Below, one piece after another: positions 62,281 through 64,000 of a stretch of 64,000 nt of DNA. Each line of letters begins with the position of its first letter. Position 1 is the stretch's first letter. The position numbers and the translations under genes are program-made. The notes under the pieces are model-generated. The model ran no database searches, was not told the DNA's origin, and saw only the letters and a program-made list of their open reading frames with translations. The stretch covers positions 1,043,306 to 1,107,305 of the forward strand of contig NC_057755.1 in NCBI RefSeq assembly GCF_004010195.1, read 5' to 3'. Source of the DNA: Chiloscyllium plagiosum. Lineage: Eukaryota.

Positions 62281-63785
62281 GTGCCAATGTGGACCAGGAC
62301 CATGGGCTCTTCACTTTCCAACTCCCACCCCTTTCCAACCCACAGTCCACCTCTCCACAAAAATGTGCTGAGGTTTTTCTATGACGTTCTCGATCCTAGG
62401 CACTGAGACAAAATACCATTCTGGACTTCATCAAGTCAGGACTAATGGTTCTGGAAGAGTCAATCAGTCATTTTAGGTCTGTCCACTGCTGTCATTTGAT
62501 GTTAACACAGCACCAAACTGACTTTATAAATCTGGAAAAACAAAAAAAAGATGAGTTGGGAATCCATGTCTATTTGAGTGCAATATCGATTGACCAGAAT
62601 GATAGCTGGACAGCAAGGGTTCAATGATAAGGAAGTTAAATGACATAAACCCAGGGTTGAATTCCCCTATTTAGAACGGTCTTAGAAGAGTAGAATTTTC
62701 AAGAGAATATTGGAAACTACTGGCAGTGAATTGGCGGAAACGTTTCTTGTTGCTGCTTAACTTGGATCTAGGATGACCATCTAAATGATTTGCGATAGTC
62801 TGAAATCTTTCCAAGACTGCAATGAATGAAAAATGCCTCACATTTCTCCACATTATATTGCACAGAGTATTTTGTGTTCATTCACTCATTGAACCTGTCC
62901 TTCCCCTTCTCAGCGATCCTATGTCCTCCTTGCCTTTTACTGTATCACCTCACATTGTGTTATCCACAAACATCACACATGATCCCATCATTGATGGAGA
63001 TTATAAATGGCTGTGTCTGGAGAAGCGATCCTTGTGGTATTAACTAATATCAGCACGACAACATGAAAATGAAACATTTATTCCTATGCTCTGTTTGCTA
63101 TCCTTTATCATGTATCACACCAAGTCCCATTTCCCATCATCGCAGGCCTCATTGACAACATTGATTCCCACTCAAACATTTCCACAGTTCGCCATTTCTG
63201 CATTCTTGTAGGTGCACAACTCCCTCCCTAGCCTCACTCCACCATTTCGCTGGAAGCTGTTCCGTCCCATCAACAGTCAGATGTTTTCGGTTTCTTCTCT
63301 GTACATGTGCAGTACACTGCAGGGAACAGAGAATAGCTCATCCTGTGTGCTGCTACACAGATCGTGTGTGTCTCAGTGTCAGCTCTGAAACATGTACAGG
63401 ACACTTTAATCCTGAGTGGAGAATCTGTATTGATTGGAGCTTATGTAATTTTTGAGTGTATTTTTCAGTGTGTTAGTTTACTTGTTTCAATTATTGCCTG
63501 AATTGGTGAAGTTATATTCGATTCAGAAGTTTTATTCATATAGGGTGAGAAATTCTACTTGGATGTTTGATTTACTAAAACCTATAATGCGTTGTCTCCA
63601 TTAGTCAACTATCATCACTTTACCGAACAGCCACGGATACTACATCCCAGTGTTGAGGAGAACATTTCTCAGAGACACAATTAACAACCGAAATTTAATT
63701 TGCAAATGGACAAAAGCAAGGGAAGGAGGACACTGAAATAAAATGAGATTTTAATGTTGGATAGATGGTGTTAATGCTGGTATGT

Positions 63786-63927
63786 AGGGTGGCACAGTAG
63801 CTCAATGGCGAGCCTTGCCGCCTCACAGGGCCAGCGCATTGGTTTGGGTGGGATGCCATTTGCAGGGTCGCTATGGACTCGATGGGCTAATTGGCTTGCT
63901 TCCTACATTGGAAGTATTCTATGATTT
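63786..63927 (+). mobile_element. Old internally deleted HE1-type SINE (paralog of 10565-10705)
   Basis: ggtggcacagtagctcaatgg head joined to a CR1-like tail. Confidence 0.7.
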
Positions 63928-64000
63928 TATCCCACACGTATTTTCCAATGTTTGCTGTTGACCGATTGAGATTTGTGTCATCCAATAAATGTCAGTTCTA

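Larger units (their letters stand above)
42475..63510 (+). repeat. Large segmental duplication, copy 2 (partner about 7790-25665)
   Basis: Colinear blocks, for example 43015 = 8787, 45233 = 10971, 54025 = 18762, 58320 = 22610 and 62056 = 24470. Confidence 0.93.

Overview
Eukaryotic, repeat-dense DNA, most likely from a shark (inferred from HE1-type V-SINEs, CR1/HER1-type LINEs and the receptor type). The backbone is a tandem array of segmental duplications (about 7790-25665 matches about 42475-63510, with further partial copies). It carries four paralogous class A GPCR loci of the GPR139/GPR142-like type. Copy B appears intact as a two-exon gene that the ORF track only partly shows: a 67-nt exon 1 at 10971-11037 behind a TATA box, a 7.7-kb phase-1 intron, and exon 2 at 18762-19636, giving 313 aa. 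Copies A, C and D are pseudogenes, each broken differently, and a fifth locus probably starts just past the window end. The rest is nested retroelements: CR1 of several ages (ORF1 with a GDSL-esterase motif), Rex1/Babar, Tx1/L1, RTE, SINEs and probable solo LTRs. A family of short Penelope-like terminal-repeat elements carries minimal hammerhead ribozyme cores, and several of these form long fold-back palindromes. All alignments were made by eye; no searches were run.
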